A stretch of 64,000 bases of DNA, taken from a phage. Under the pieces are notes generated by a model that ran no database searches, was not told the origin of the DNA, and saw only the letters and a program-made list of their open reading frames with translations. Location of the stretch: sequence record NC_101835.1. One strand, 5' to 3'. The position numbers and the translations under genes are program-made. Every line of letters starts with the position of its first letter. The first letter of the stretch is position 1. Below are positions 1-8,906 of the stretch, piece after piece.

Positions 1-46
1 GGTGGTGCAGTTCTGATGTATAACTATCTTGAAAAAGGAGACAGCA

Positions 47-232
47 ATGGTAAAAAATAAATCTTTAGAGCAGGCTGAAAACCTTCTCCACGAGCTGGTA
101 AAGGAGTGGAAAGTTGAATACTCAGATTTTAATGCACGAGAGGGTGAAGATTATTGGCCTACGGAGCGCTCAGAGGGCGAATGGTATCAAGATTTTATAG
201 AGTGGTTATATCAGACGTGCGATGAGGGGTGA
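47..232 (+). CDS. hypothetical small protein
   Basis: ORF with ATG 7 nt after AAGGAG; track TTG start at 29 less likely. Confidence 0.5.
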   Translation: MVKNKSLEQAENLLHELVKEWKVEYSDFNAREGEDYWPTERSEGEWYQDFIEWLYQTCDEG

Positions 233-234
233 CG

Positions 235-699
235 ATGTTTGTTAAATATGTAAAAACGTGCCTCAACAGTCTTGGCAGAGAGCATTGGTACACCTTGCTT
301 GAAAAAGGGGAAATTTTAACAAAATCTGGAAAGATAACTTTGATACCTCTTGATAGTAAAGGTAAAGACCCGTCACGACTTGTTATAGATGATTACGTTA
401 CAGGTGTGACGTTCGAGGTCTCTGTGGAGAGGTTAATACGCAGAGCTGGCGGCCCTTATGACCGAAGAGAGTATGTTTTCGATTCCGTTACAGAGATGGG
501 GGAGCATCCGTCTTTAATGTTCAGGATGGTAATCAGAGATATGAGGTCATCTATAGATAGGATCGTAAAGGACATTAAGGAACCTTTTAGAGTAAAAGTT
601 AAGAAGTTTTTCGATTCTAAGATTAACATACTCGCCGTTGCACTAGGTGTAGTTCAACTTCTGTTAATTTTGCACTATTTTGAACTGCTATTTAAGTAG
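235..699 (+). CDS. hypothetical protein with C-terminal hydrophobic segment
   Basis: ORF overlapping previous stop; GAGGGG upstream of ATG; C-terminal ILAVALGVVQLLLILHYF membrane-anchor-like. Confidence 0.5.
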   Translation: MFVKYVKTCLNSLGREHWYTLLEKGEILTKSGKITLIPLDSKGKDPSRLVIDDYVTGVTFEVSVERLIRRAGGPYDRREYVFDSVTEMGEHPSLMFRMVIRDMRSSIDRIVKDIKEPFRVKVKKFFDSKINILAVALGVVQLLLILHYFELLFK

Positions 700-761
700 T
701 AGTTGAGATATGGCACAAAGGATGTGCCATAGTGAAATAAACTAAGAAAGAGGTAGAGAGA

Positions 762-1109
762 ATGCCAAAGATTAAAACGTTATTACTGTGGGTAGCTGTT
801 TTAGCTTTTATAGGGTACTGGACTTGGGAAACTGAATTAAAAGATATCGGATATACCAGTCTTGAGAGCAAGGCGTGCATTGGCATAACCGATGCGTTCA
901 GGCAAAATGCTATGGATCACGAATGTGTTGATGCAGATATAGATGAGAAACTGTCTAAGGACAAAGATTTTTACCATGGGCATGCTTTACTTGATAGTGG
1001 TGACACTGTAGAGTTCTGGTCGTGGTTTCGTGAAGATGGAACAATAAAAACAGCAGTAAAGATCTCTAACAAAGAGTTAATGCTGTTGCAGCAAAAGGAG
1101 GCTCAATGA
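762..1109 (+). CDS. hypothetical protein, N-terminal signal/TM segment
   Basis: AGAGGTAGAGAGA RBS before ATG; N-terminal LLLWVAVLAFIGYWTW hydrophobic. Confidence 0.55.
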   Translation: MPKIKTLLLWVAVLAFIGYWTWETELKDIGYTSLESKACIGITDAFRQNAMDHECVDADIDEKLSKDKDFYHGHALLDSGDTVEFWSWFREDGTIKTAVKISNKELMLLQQKEAQ

Positions 1110-1393
1110 TCTGGATATCCTATGCTGATGGCACCATGCTGTATACTGCAGGTACCAGATATGAAGTTCAGGAGAACGATAAAAAATTTATCGTAAAAAC
1201 ATTTGACAAGGACGACAACCTTTTGCTAGAATTGACTTACAAAGTTGGAGAGGTATCCAATATCCAGTTGGATTGTGGTCATAAAGATAATCCACTCAAA
1301 AAACCTGGAGTAGGTAAGGCTTCAGAAGAACGTCTGTCTCGTATTGCAGAAAGCGTTTCTCCCCAAAAATCTAAGAAGAGGACTAGAAAATGA
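1106..1393 (+). CDS. hypothetical protein
   Basis: AAGGAGG RBS; start overlaps upstream stop (ATGA). Confidence 0.5.
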   Translation: MIWISYADGTMLYTAGTRYEVQENDKKFIVKTFDKDDNLLLELTYKVGEVSNIQLDCGHKDNPLKKPGVGKASEERLSRIAESVSPQKSKKRTRK

Positions 1394-1584
1394 AAAACTT
1401 ACGTTTTAACACTTATTACTACAACACATTGAATGATTTGTATTATATTGTTCGAAGTAAAAGTCCTGAAACAGTCCTATTCTGCCGCGAACCTTTCAAA
1501 GGGGAGGAAGTAGAGTCTGAGATGAATGTTAGCCAGATCACCTCTTTGTTGCTCTCAGGCGCAATGGAAGAAGCAATATTCTAA
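1390..1584 (+). CDS. hypothetical protein
   Basis: ATGA-coupled ORF, AGAGGA upstream. Confidence 0.45.
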   Translation: MKNLRFNTYYYNTLNDLYYIVRSKSPETVLFCREPFKGEEVESEMNVSQITSLLLSGAMEEAIF

Positions 1585-1602
1585 ACCAGGCAGGAGGGTT
1601 TT

Positions 1603-1791
1603 ATGAAGCACTATTGCCTGTCTGGTAGAATGGGTGCAGATTGTGATTGGGTTTTCTTAAAACTTGTCAGCATTCGAGAGTTCATCCCAGAGGAAGAGCA
1701 AGAAAGCGAGCTGATGTCATGGATCAACCATTACGGTAACACTTTTCGGCATGTTAAGGTAGAAGAGTTGCCAAGCGAGGCTGAATTATGA
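1603..1791 (+). CDS. hypothetical protein
   Basis: GGAGGG RBS before ATG. Confidence 0.45.
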   Translation: MKHYCLSGRMGADCDWVFLKLVSIREFIPEEEQESELMSWINHYGNTFRHVKVEELPSEAEL

Positions 1792-2084
1792 AACTTTTTG
1801 AGTGGTTTAAAAAGTTTAAATATAAAGCTGTAGCCATCGTGCCGTGGTCCATTCAGTGGGTTGATGAAGGTGGTCTACCGATACCTGGTGACAAAGATAC
1901 TGGGTACTGGATTATGATGGAGAACGGGTTTGGAAAGCGAAAGTATACGTGCACAAACTCTACTCGATCTGCACTTAATAGAGTGCCTGGTTACAAACTT
2001 ATGGTTGTGTGGAAAATGTCAGGCGTGCCTCCAGCCAATGCTCAATTTCTTACTGACAATCCGACCACGGTAGAGGGAGATTGA
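1788..2084 (+). CDS. hypothetical protein
   Basis: ATGA overlap with upstream stop. Confidence 0.5.
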   Translation: MKLFEWFKKFKYKAVAIVPWSIQWVDEGGLPIPGDKDTGYWIMMENGFGKRKYTCTNSTRSALNRVPGYKLMVVWKMSGVPPANAQFLTDNPTTVEGD

Positions 2085-2086
2085 TA

Positions 2087-2368
2087 ATGAAAAAGATTAA
2101 CAGTAGTGAAGTAGAGTTTAAACTTGTCGGAAAAGGCACTTACTGGGAAGTTCGTCAAAAGGTATATTTGTTCGGTCTTATTCCCTACTGGTCTAAATTC
2201 TACTGGGGAGCTAACGAGTTGGGAAGATACGCCACCAAATCAATGGCACTTATTGGTATAGCAGAGTACATTGCAGCCCGAGACAGGGTTGGAACCACTT
2301 ATTACTACACTGCTGACGATATTCGTAACAGTGTTTACGTCCCACAACCACCTGATGGAGACCGTTGA
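2087..2368 (+). CDS. hypothetical protein
   Basis: ATG after GAGGGAGA; track TTG start 2081 less likely. Confidence 0.5.
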   Translation: MKKINSSEVEFKLVGKGTYWEVRQKVYLFGLIPYWSKFYWGANELGRYATKSMALIGIAEYIAARDRVGTTYYYTADDIRNSVYVPQPPDGDR

Positions 2369-2592
2369 TGAAAGTTAAAGTTTTAGATTCAAGCTTCTAT
2401 ATTGGTCAGGAGCCTTTAGTAGGAAAAGTGTTTACTGCTGTCCCTAACGAAGATTACCCTGACCTTTTAAAAATAAAAGGAGCAGATCTTATTGCCGCTG
2501 GTGCATCTCAAGAATGCTTTGACAGTCAGTGGACCTATAACTTTGCCCTAGGTGAGGATGTAGAGGTAGTGGAGGACGATCATGAAGGTTAA
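2368..2592 (+). CDS. small acidic protein, paralog family 1 (copy A)
   Basis: MKVKVLDSSFYIGQ..GKVFTAV..ADLIAAGAS..GEDVEVVE; clear paralog of 2582-2836. Confidence 0.55.
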   Translation: MKVKVLDSSFYIGQEPLVGKVFTAVPNEDYPDLLKIKGADLIAAGASQECFDSQWTYNFALGEDVEVVEDDHEG

Positions 2593-2836
2593 AATTCTTG
2601 ATTCTAACGTCTACTTGGGACAATCCTTCCTGAATGGAAAGGTCGTTCCTGCGGTATACTTTGAAGGGTTGCCGTGGGATGATCCTGTGCGGCAACATCA
2701 CAGTTATGTAGGCCACAACGTGGTGTTTATCTTGGGATCAGACCTGATCACCGCTGGTGCACCTGAATATTATTTCGGGGAAGAGTCCTACTATGCCTTT
2801 GGGGTAGGGTCAGATGCAGATATTGTAGAGCTGTGA
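2582..2836 (+). CDS. small acidic protein, paralog family 1 (copy B)
   Basis: MKVKILDSNVYLGQ..GKVVPAV..SDLITAGAP..GSDADIVE; GGAGGA RBS. Confidence 0.55.
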   Translation: MKVKILDSNVYLGQSFLNGKVVPAVYFEGLPWDDPVRQHHSYVGHNVVFILGSDLITAGAPEYYFGEESYYAFGVGSDADIVEL

Positions 2837-2848
2837 TGGGTAACCGTT

Positions 2849-3247
2849 GTGAAAAATAAACTGTTTAAAGTTACAATGAAAATTCGCGGGGCTTGGAGCG
2901 TAAAGCAAGGGCGTATTCCAGAATTTGAGAAAGACTTCTACGTAGTCTCCACCTCGGAGGAGGCTGCATGCTGGCAGGCTGGCTATGCCTATGCAAGAAC
3001 CTGGTACGAAGGATACCAGACTGGGGGCTATGACGGAGAAATTATCAGCAAGGGTGTAGAAGAAATTAATGTGTTGACAAGTGAAAAAGTTTTTGTTATA
3101 GTGCATCCAGATTCCAGAGTGAAGCATTACTGGAATGCCAGAACAAAAACTTGGACACCGTTTGCAGATTCTGCTACGCCACTTTTAAACCAGAAAGCTC
3201 TTGACTCTGCCCCAAGTTATGGGGTTGTTGAAGAAAAGCTAAACTGA
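2849..3247 (+). CDS. hypothetical protein, paralog family 2 (copy A)
   Basis: GTG start inferred; C-terminal HPDSRVKHYWNARTKTWTP matches HPHSNIAYYWDVLNNEWTP of 5059-5454. Confidence 0.5.
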   Translation: MKNKLFKVTMKIRGAWSVKQGRIPEFEKDFYVVSTSEEAACWQAGYAYARTWYEGYQTGGYDGEIISKGVEEINVLTSEKVFVIVHPDSRVKHYWNARTKTWTPFADSATPLLNQKALDSAPSYGVVEEKLN

Positions 3248-3264
3248 AACAGTGAGGTGTCACC

Positions 3265-3555
3265 ATGATGGATTTAATTCTAAATATTGATAACGCAGGA
3301 GAGTTTAAAGACGATGGTGTAACAAGCATGGACAAACCCTGCTCTGCTAAGGTTGACTCAAAATGGACCTACAAGTTTGACGGAGAGATCTTCGCAAATG
3401 ATGAGAAGGTTGTAGATGCTGCAGCCATTTTAAACGCTCTAGGGTACGACCCTGTGAATTCTTTGATCAAGGATCCTGTTGAGTTTGCAGAGTATGTTCG
3501 AAAAATGGCAGATCTTGCTGTGGATATTTTAAAAACTATCGACAACAAGCTGTAA
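3265..3555 (+). CDS. hypothetical protein
   Basis: GTGAGGTG RBS before ATG. Confidence 0.5.
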   Translation: MMDLILNIDNAGEFKDDGVTSMDKPCSAKVDSKWTYKFDGEIFANDEKVVDAAAILNALGYDPVNSLIKDPVEFAEYVRKMADLAVDILKTIDNKL

Positions 3556-3561
3556 AAACTG

Positions 3562-3590
3562 TTGACACAACGCTTCAGATTTAGTATCAT
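3562..3590 (+). promoter_or_regulatory. sigma70-like promoter (TTGACA-N17-TATCAT)
   Basis: TTGACA at 3562-3567, 17-nt spacer, TATCAT at 3585-3590, about 50 nt upstream of hpf-like ATG. Confidence 0.45.
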
Positions 3591-3639
3591 TGTTTTCAAA
3601 GAGAGATAGTTATTCCCTCTTCCTTAAAAGGAACACGTT

Positions 3640-3960
3640 ATGCAAATTGAAATCACTGGCAACAATGTAGAAATCACAGAAGGTATGGTATCTTTTATTT
3701 CCCGCAAAATGTCCAAGCTGGAGCGTTTACATCCCTCTGTTAACTATGCACGTGTGAGTGTAAAAGTTGAAAATGATCACCAGGAAGTTATGGCGTTCAT
3801 TTTTGACAATTCTGGAAAAGAAGTTATTGCCAAGGCTAAAGGCAGTGATGCTTACGAGGCAACTGACCGTATGGTAGATGTTGCAGCACGTCAGCTGGCT
3901 AAATGCGGTGGAAAGAAAGGTAAGGGGAAAGGCAAAGTAAAGATTGACTTTGGAGAATGA
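3640..3960 (+). CDS. hpf: ribosome hibernation promoting factor / RaiA (S30AE) family homolog
   Basis: N-terminus MQIEITGNNVEITEGM.. recalls bacterial HPF MQLNITGNNVEITEAL..; KLE and ARQLAK segments; lysine-rich tail. Confidence 0.7.
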   Translation: MQIEITGNNVEITEGMVSFISRKMSKLERLHPSVNYARVSVKVENDHQEVMAFIFDNSGKEVIAKAKGSDAYEATDRMVDVAARQLAKCGGKKGKGKGKVKIDFGE

Positions 3961-4097
3961 GGTGCTACAATGGGTGTGATTAAGAAATTAGTCCCAAATG
4001 TAGAGATTGCATGCTTTGAAATTATGTTTGCAATCGCAGTTGTAGTTAATGTGTTAGGTTACGGCTATTAATATCAAATAATTGAGGAGACCTCTAA

Positions 4098-4367
4098 ATG
4101 AAAATTAAATTATTCCAAACTGAGCTGGCAGACAAAAATTGTGGACTGGTTGAAGGCATGATTGTTGAAGCACAACCAGTGGACTATATGAAGGTGGTTC
4201 GTGATGCCCTAGGTGAAGGTTTTGATCTGATGGAGCCAGCTCTGCGAGAAGATGTTATCGAGATGGCTAAAAAGCACACACCTGAAGGTTTGGTGGTGTT
4301 TGTTGCACCGGGTAACGGAGAAGAGTTGATTGTAACTCCTGATGTGTATGAGATTGTAGAGGAATAA
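4098..4367 (+). CDS. small acidic protein, paralog family 3
   Basis: GAGGAG RBS; MKIKLFQ.. ending ..TPDVYEIVEE; shared architecture with 5534-5791 and 6471-6758. Confidence 0.55.
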   Translation: MKIKLFQTELADKNCGLVEGMIVEAQPVDYMKVVRDALGEGFDLMEPALREDVIEMAKKHTPEGLVVFVAPGNGEELIVTPDVYEIVEE

Positions 4368-4458
4368 TCCTGCTTGGATTAGCATACTTCCTCGCTAAGG
4401 AAGATTTGTAATTATTTGTGGGAAAGGAGTCCCAATCTCTTACCAGAGGTGATACTAT

Positions 4459-4722
4459 ATGATTGTTTATTTTAAAACTTCAGGTGGATACCCTGATTCT
4501 CAAAGCTTGATCGGAAAAACGTGCACAGCATACTCACCTCTTGATGAGGAGGTAAGCGATATTTTACGAAATATGTATCGGATTGACCCCCAAGAAGCCT
4601 TTGATCAAAACCTTGTATTTGTCAAGGGCTCAGATATGAAGTCTTTGGGAGCATTCCCTGAAGCAGATGATGATGCCGTTTATTCGTTCATGACTCCTTT
4701 TGAAGCTATGGTTGTTGGGTGA
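4459..4722 (+). CDS. small acidic protein, paralog family 1 (copy C)
   Basis: GAGGTG RBS; GKTCTAY / FVKGSDMKSLGAF resemble family 1. Confidence 0.5.
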   Translation: MIVYFKTSGGYPDSQSLIGKTCTAYSPLDEEVSDILRNMYRIDPQEAFDQNLVFVKGSDMKSLGAFPEADDDAVYSFMTPFEAMVVG

Positions 4723-4726
4723 TAAT

Positions 4727-5059
4727 ATGAAAGTACGCTTTATTGGTGAAACAATTCCTGTGCATCTCCGGTCGCCTGAGGATTCTGCAGATCTTGCATC
4801 TCAAAAGGCGAGAGGTTATGATAAGAAAGTAACCTCAACCGATGTAGTGCTTGAGGCTACTAGTCTACCTGACCCTGCTGCATTCTTTAATCATTATGGG
4901 TACTATTTCAGCAATCTGATGAATATCGGTGAGCTTGTGTTTATTAGTGGTGGAGAAATTGTTAGCAAGCTTGGCGGCGATCCGGATATCTTTCATGAAA
5001 CCTGTCCTTTTGCATTTGTGGTAGGTTCAGATGTGGAAGTTATTGAGGAGGTGCGGTAA
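4727..5059 (+). CDS. small acidic protein, paralog family 1 (copy D)
   Basis: ATG at 4727 (track TTG 4700 less likely); C-terminal FVVGSDVEVIEE matches family 1. Confidence 0.5.
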   Translation: MKVRFIGETIPVHLRSPEDSADLASQKARGYDKKVTSTDVVLEATSLPDPAAFFNHYGYYFSNLMNIGELVFISGGEIVSKLGGDPDIFHETCPFAFVVGSDVEVIEEVR

Positions 5060-5454
5060 TGGTAAGCCTATACCGTGTTGAGTATAGCTCAGATACTGTA
5101 TACAACGTAAGAAGCAAAGATCGCAGCGACAGAGTGCAAGAAATGTATGTTCTTGCCGACAGTCCGTTATCTGCAGCGTTCAAGGCAGGGGCTCTTGCAT
5201 CTCGTTGGAAATTTGAAGGTGGATCTTTCTATGAAGAAACCCTTGAAGATTCTGTTGTTATTTCTTCTGTAGAGGTTTCAGATGACTACGAAGGGAAAAA
5301 GTTCGTAATGCGGCACCCACACAGCAACATTGCGTACTACTGGGATGTTCTGAACAACGAGTGGACCCCAGATCTTCAGAAGGCTACTGTGCTAACACCG
5401 TTTTTGGCAGATAAGTTCCCACCAGAAGGTAATTTATCCGCACTGTTTCAGTAA
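5059..5454 (+). CDS. hypothetical protein, paralog family 2 (copy B)
   Basis: GGAGGTG RBS; paralog of 2849-3247. Confidence 0.55.
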   Translation: MVSLYRVEYSSDTVYNVRSKDRSDRVQEMYVLADSPLSAAFKAGALASRWKFEGGSFYEETLEDSVVISSVEVSDDYEGKKFVMRHPHSNIAYYWDVLNNEWTPDLQKATVLTPFLADKFPPEGNLSALFQ

Positions 5455-5533
5455 TTTTCTTGCACACAGGTGTTGACAACGCCAACCCTGTGTGAAATAA
5501 TACCTTCATCTTAATAAGACAGGGGACCGATTG

Positions 5534-5791
5534 ATGAAGATTAAATTGAAAAACCTTGAAACGGCAGAGATTCAGGACGGTGTTGATTTCCGTTCTAAAG
5601 ATGGTGACATCTTAGAGGTAAATATTCCAACCTACGAGCTGATTAAAGGTTTTGGCAACGTTCCGGAAGAGGATATTACAGAAATTCTTATGATGTTGAT
5701 TCTTGACGGAACTGTGTTTGTAGGTGAAGGTGAGAACGCTATTGCAATCCCAGGCCATTTTTATGAAGTAGTTGACGAAGAGGTGCTGTAA
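5534..5791 (+). CDS. small acidic protein, paralog family 3
   Basis: MKIKLKN..KDGDILEVNIPTYELIKG..HFYEVVDEEVL. Confidence 0.55.
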   Translation: MKIKLKNLETAEIQDGVDFRSKDGDILEVNIPTYELIKGFGNVPEEDITEILMMLILDGTVFVGEGENAIAIPGHFYEVVDEEVL

Positions 5792-6142
5792 ATGAAAGTA
5801 GAAATTACCGGTTTTGATGTGAATGTGGTTCCGGAAGATATTTTAGCTAAACTTCCAGAAGGTTTTGGTAACGGCGTTGTGGTGGATGCTGTTCCTCCTA
5901 CCAAAGACATTCTGCTGCAGTATGGTGTAGCAGAGGAAGATGTCGATAAAGTTCTTACAATGATGGCAATCGATCGTGTTGTCGTTGTTAAAGGTCTCGA
6001 TAATTTTGAGAGTGATCCCTTGATTATTCGTGGAGATGACTACAAAATCATCGATAATGAAGGCCAAGAGTTCTATGAACCTTGTGCAGAAGATATTCTT
6101 AACTTATTACTGGAAGCAGGTACCGAAGAGGAGGACGAATAA
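5792..6142 (+). CDS. small acidic protein
   Basis: ORF directly abutting upstream stop; acidic C-terminus EEEDE. Confidence 0.5.
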   Translation: MKVEITGFDVNVVPEDILAKLPEGFGNGVVVDAVPPTKDILLQYGVAEEDVDKVLTMMAIDRVVVVKGLDNFESDPLIIRGDDYKIIDNEGQEFYEPCAEDILNLLLEAGTEEEDE

Positions 6143-6471
6143 TGAAGATTGACCCGTTACTGAAGGCTCGTGCAGAAAAAGCGTACACCATTAAGCTGAC
6201 CAACCTGGTTCCTACTTGTCATCCAGATGTAGGTTGGCCTGAAGGTCTGGTAGAGGGGACTGTAACAGCTGCATACCTCCCTAACATCAAATACCTCATG
6301 GAAATCTTGGAGCTGGATGAGGAAACGGCAGAAGAGTTCCAGTTGGACATGAAACAAAGTGGGACTCTGGTTATTCACGGGTGGTACAATACTAGAGATG
6401 CAGAAGACCCTCTGGTAACTTCTAATCTGGCATATGAAATCTTAGGGCCTTTGAACCTGGAGGAAGACTAA
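6142..6471 (+). CDS. small acidic protein
   Basis: GAGGAGGA RBS; start overlaps upstream stop. Confidence 0.5.
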   Translation: MKIDPLLKARAEKAYTIKLTNLVPTCHPDVGWPEGLVEGTVTAAYLPNIKYLMEILELDEETAEEFQLDMKQSGTLVIHGWYNTRDAEDPLVTSNLAYEILGPLNLEED

Positions 6472-6758
6472 TGAAAGATCTGGTTAAGATTAAGATTAAA
6501 GATACCAATGGAGAACTCAGTCATTTTGGAATTAATGATGGTGACGAGCTGATCGCACACCTGCCTACCAAGGAGGTTGTAAGCAAAGCAGTTGCCGGAG
6601 AAGAAGCTGCAATGCAGGCTGCAGGTGTGGATGAAAACTATGTAGCTATGTGCATGTGCCGAGATCAGGTTGTTCTGTATAAAGCGTATCGACCAAACGG
6701 AGCCACGGAGTGGCTTGTATTCCGACCCGAAGGATATGAAATCTTAGAGGCACTATGA
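6471..6758 (+). CDS. small acidic protein, paralog family 3
   Basis: GGAGGAAGA RBS; NDGDELIAHLPTKEVV.. ending EGYEILEAL. Confidence 0.55.
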   Translation: MKDLVKIKIKDTNGELSHFGINDGDELIAHLPTKEVVSKAVAGEEAAMQAAGVDENYVAMCMCRDQVVLYKAYRPNGATEWLVFRPEGYEILEAL

Positions 6759-6847
6759 TAAATCTTGCCAAGGTTGCAACGGCACTGTTAGTTATTTGCT
6801 GGTCTGTAACCTTAACACTGTGTCTTGTATTTCAGTGAGGTGCTTGT

Positions 6848-7111
6848 ATGAACATCCTGATGTGGGTTATAGCAGTGGCGTTTGTTGCATGTTTTTGCTG
6901 CTGGGTTGCGGTGAGGATTTCTGTAGCTACCCTTCGGAAGTTGGGGTTCTCAGAATGGGATATTAATATCCTTTCTTTTCGCAATGAAACAATCTCAGCC
7001 GCCCTGCTTTGTAAGAAATTTAAGTGGGAACCTTGTGAGGTCATGAGCTATCTAAGAACAGGCGATATCCCTGAAAGATTTAAAAAAGTTCTTGACGGCA
7101 AGGATAAATGA
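6848..7111 (+). CDS. small membrane protein
   Basis: GTGAGGTG RBS; N-terminal MNILMWVIAVAFVACFCCWVAV hydrophobic. Confidence 0.5.
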   Translation: MNILMWVIAVAFVACFCCWVAVRISVATLRKLGFSEWDINILSFRNETISAALLCKKFKWEPCEVMSYLRTGDIPERFKKVLDGKDK

Positions 7112-7120
7112 CAGTATAGT
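7092..7120 (+). promoter_or_regulatory. sigma70-like promoter (TTGACG-N17-TATAGT)
   Basis: TTGACG 7092-7097, 17-nt spacer, TATAGT 7115-7120. Confidence 0.4.
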
Positions 7121-7139
7121 GACTAACAAGAGGTGAGGA

Positions 7140-7280
7140 ATGACTGATTTTACTGAAGCTTTAATGATGGCCTTGTCTGTTTTAGCGCTATCGGTGTGTT
7201 TTGGGGCGTTATTCACATCTCTGGTTAAAGTTTTACATACAGTATTATTACCCAAGGAGCGCAGTAATGACGAAGATTGA
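7140..7280 (+). CDS. small hydrophobic peptide (46 aa)
   Basis: ATG after AGAGGTGAGGA; below ORF-track size cut-off; hydrophobic core ALSVLALSVCFGALF. Confidence 0.3.
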   Translation: MTDFTEALMMALSVLALSVCFGALFTSLVKVLHTVLLPKERSNDED

Positions 7281-7518
7281 CTTAAATGCTGGAGACCATG
7301 TTGTTGTCAAATGCATCGGAGATTATCTTGGATTCACAATCGGCAATACTTACGAGGCGGTAGTGGCGAAGGTTTACCATGATAAAGTCCTCAGTCTTGT
7401 ATTTGACTGCGATGATGATGGGGATGACCGATACGTCTGTGAGGTGCTGGCACGAGACGATAGTGAAGACCAGAAATTCCTGGTTATTGAACTGAACGGT
7501 ATTTTTGTAGAACGTTAA
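7267..7518 (+). CDS. hypothetical acidic protein
   Basis: ATG after AAGGAGCG; track start 7201 less likely. Confidence 0.5.
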   Translation: MTKIDLNAGDHVVVKCIGDYLGFTIGNTYEAVVAKVYHDKVLSLVFDCDDDGDDRYVCEVLARDDSEDQKFLVIELNGIFVER

Positions 7519-7546
7519 TTTAAAACAACATAAGGAGACTCTTACT

Positions 7547-7852
7547 ATGGCTAAATCTAAAGTTGAACTGTTCACCTCTCTTCCTTCTGACACTGCAGAG
7601 CGTGATCGCCTTCGCAAAACAATCGAAGAACTGGTAGAACTCCAACTTCAGATTAAAGATCTGAAAGATGCCATTAAGGATATCATTCTCGTTGAGAAGC
7701 AGGATCACCTGTATTCTCCTAAATTCATCAAATCTCTGGTGGCTACCGAGTTCGATATTCGCTATGAGGCTGAAAAACGTCGCGCTAAAATCGAAGAAGA
7801 GGTTGAGCACATGTCTGAGGCAGACATTCTGTTCAAACGCTCTGTAGAATAA
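7547..7852 (+). CDS. hypothetical coiled-coil protein
   Basis: TAAGGAGA RBS; followed by strong intrinsic terminator. Confidence 0.6.
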   Translation: MAKSKVELFTSLPSDTAERDRLRKTIEELVELQLQIKDLKDAIKDIILVEKQDHLYSPKFIKSLVATEFDIRYEAEKRRAKIEEEVEHMSEADILFKRSVE

Positions 7853-7859
7853 TGACAAA

Positions 7860-7884
7860 GAGGGGGGCTTGGGCCCCTCTTTTT
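7860..7884 (+). terminator. rho-independent terminator
   Basis: GAGGGG/CCCCTC stem, 8-nt loop, then TTTTT. Confidence 0.65.
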
Positions 7885-7907
7885 ACTATCTATGAAGGAG
7901 ATTTGAG

Positions 7908-8234
7908 ATGGGTATACCGATTACTGTAAAAGAGCTAAATGAACGTGATGCAGGTGGTCTATGGCCTGCACGAAAAATCCGCTGCGTCTATATGAAAGAG
8001 AATCTTGAACATCTTGATCAACAGATAAAGGTCGGCGATATTTTCGAGGTCTTCTATTCCAATCGGCGCAACTGGGAAACCATTCAGCCTTCTGGTTTTG
8101 TTCTTGCCAAACTTGACACTGGAGAAGTGATTATCCCTGGGTTGGATATTGTCTTCGAAATTATCCAAGAGTGGGATCCGGATAAGATTAGATACGAAGA
8201 ATTATTCGGTAAAGGTATTATCAAACCTGTGTGA
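7908..8234 (+). CDS. hypothetical protein
   Basis: GAAGGAGA RBS. Confidence 0.55.
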   Translation: MGIPITVKELNERDAGGLWPARKIRCVYMKENLEHLDQQIKVGDIFEVFYSNRRNWETIQPSGFVLAKLDTGEVIIPGLDIVFEIIQEWDPDKIRYEELFGKGIIKPV

Positions 8235-8242
8235 GGTGGATT

Positions 8243-8542
8243 ATGTCTACAAAGGCGGCTAAATACTCCTATATGCCATCAACCTCTGCAGAGGTAGACT
8301 TTAGTTTCGATGTGTTTCCACTGTTTGAGGTGGTTCTGGCATACCCAACAATACTAACTACTCCTGAATCACTTGTGCCTGTTAAGTTGCAGAACGCTAT
8401 GCATTCTATGCACTACAACAATAAATGTAGGCACAGATGGTGTCAGGACGAGGAAAAAGATTTGGATAGTTTGAGAGATTTTGACAGTCACCTTTTGACA
8501 CCTTTTAGCTACTCCAACCTTGATAAGCCCTCATGGGTATAG
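8243..8542 (+). CDS. hypothetical protein
   Basis: ATG after GAGGTGG; track start 8231 less likely. Confidence 0.45.
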   Translation: MSTKAAKYSYMPSTSAEVDFSFDVFPLFEVVLAYPTILTTPESLVPVKLQNAMHSMHYNNKCRHRWCQDEEKDLDSLRDFDSHLLTPFSYSNLDKPSWV

Positions 8543-8566
8543 CAAAATATCAAATTTAAGACACCT

Positions 8567-8593
8567 AGGACGCTCTGTGGCGTCCTTTTCTTT
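8567..8593 (+). terminator. rho-independent terminator
   Basis: AGGACGC/GCGTCCT stem, loop TCTGTG, then TTTCTTT. Confidence 0.55.
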
Positions 8594-8755
8594 GTCTGGT
8601 GCACGATTGCATACCTTGGACAGATAATCTCGTTACAGAGCGTTTAAGAGCTTCCTACAAACAACTCCATATTTCGAGCGTAGCGAGAACGCACGTCCGT
8701 TTTGACCCAAATCACCATACGCTCGGATTTTAACCAAACCCTCGCGGCGTTTCTA

Positions 8756-8784
8756 TTGACACATTACAGCTCCAGTGATAATAT
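8756..8784 (+). promoter_or_regulatory. near-consensus sigma70 promoter (TTGACA-N17-TAATAT)
   Basis: TTGACA 8756-8761, 17-nt spacer, TAATAT 8779-8784. Confidence 0.55.
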
Positions 8785-8804
8785 CCACACATCATTTGGA
8801 GAAT

Positions 8805-8906
8805 ATGGAATACACTATGAGAACATTGTCCGAAGTTTTAGTGGTGATCCTGATGATCATTACGTCCATAGCGGCTGTTGCCGGAATACTCACAGGTGGA
8901 ACATGA
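8805..8906 (+). CDS. small hydrophobic peptide (about 30 aa)
   Basis: Just downstream of promoter; GGAG before ATG; ..LSEVLVVILMIITSIAAVAGIL..; stop overlaps next ATG (ATGA). Confidence 0.35.
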   Translation: MEYTMRTLSEVLVVILMIITSIAAVAGILTGGT

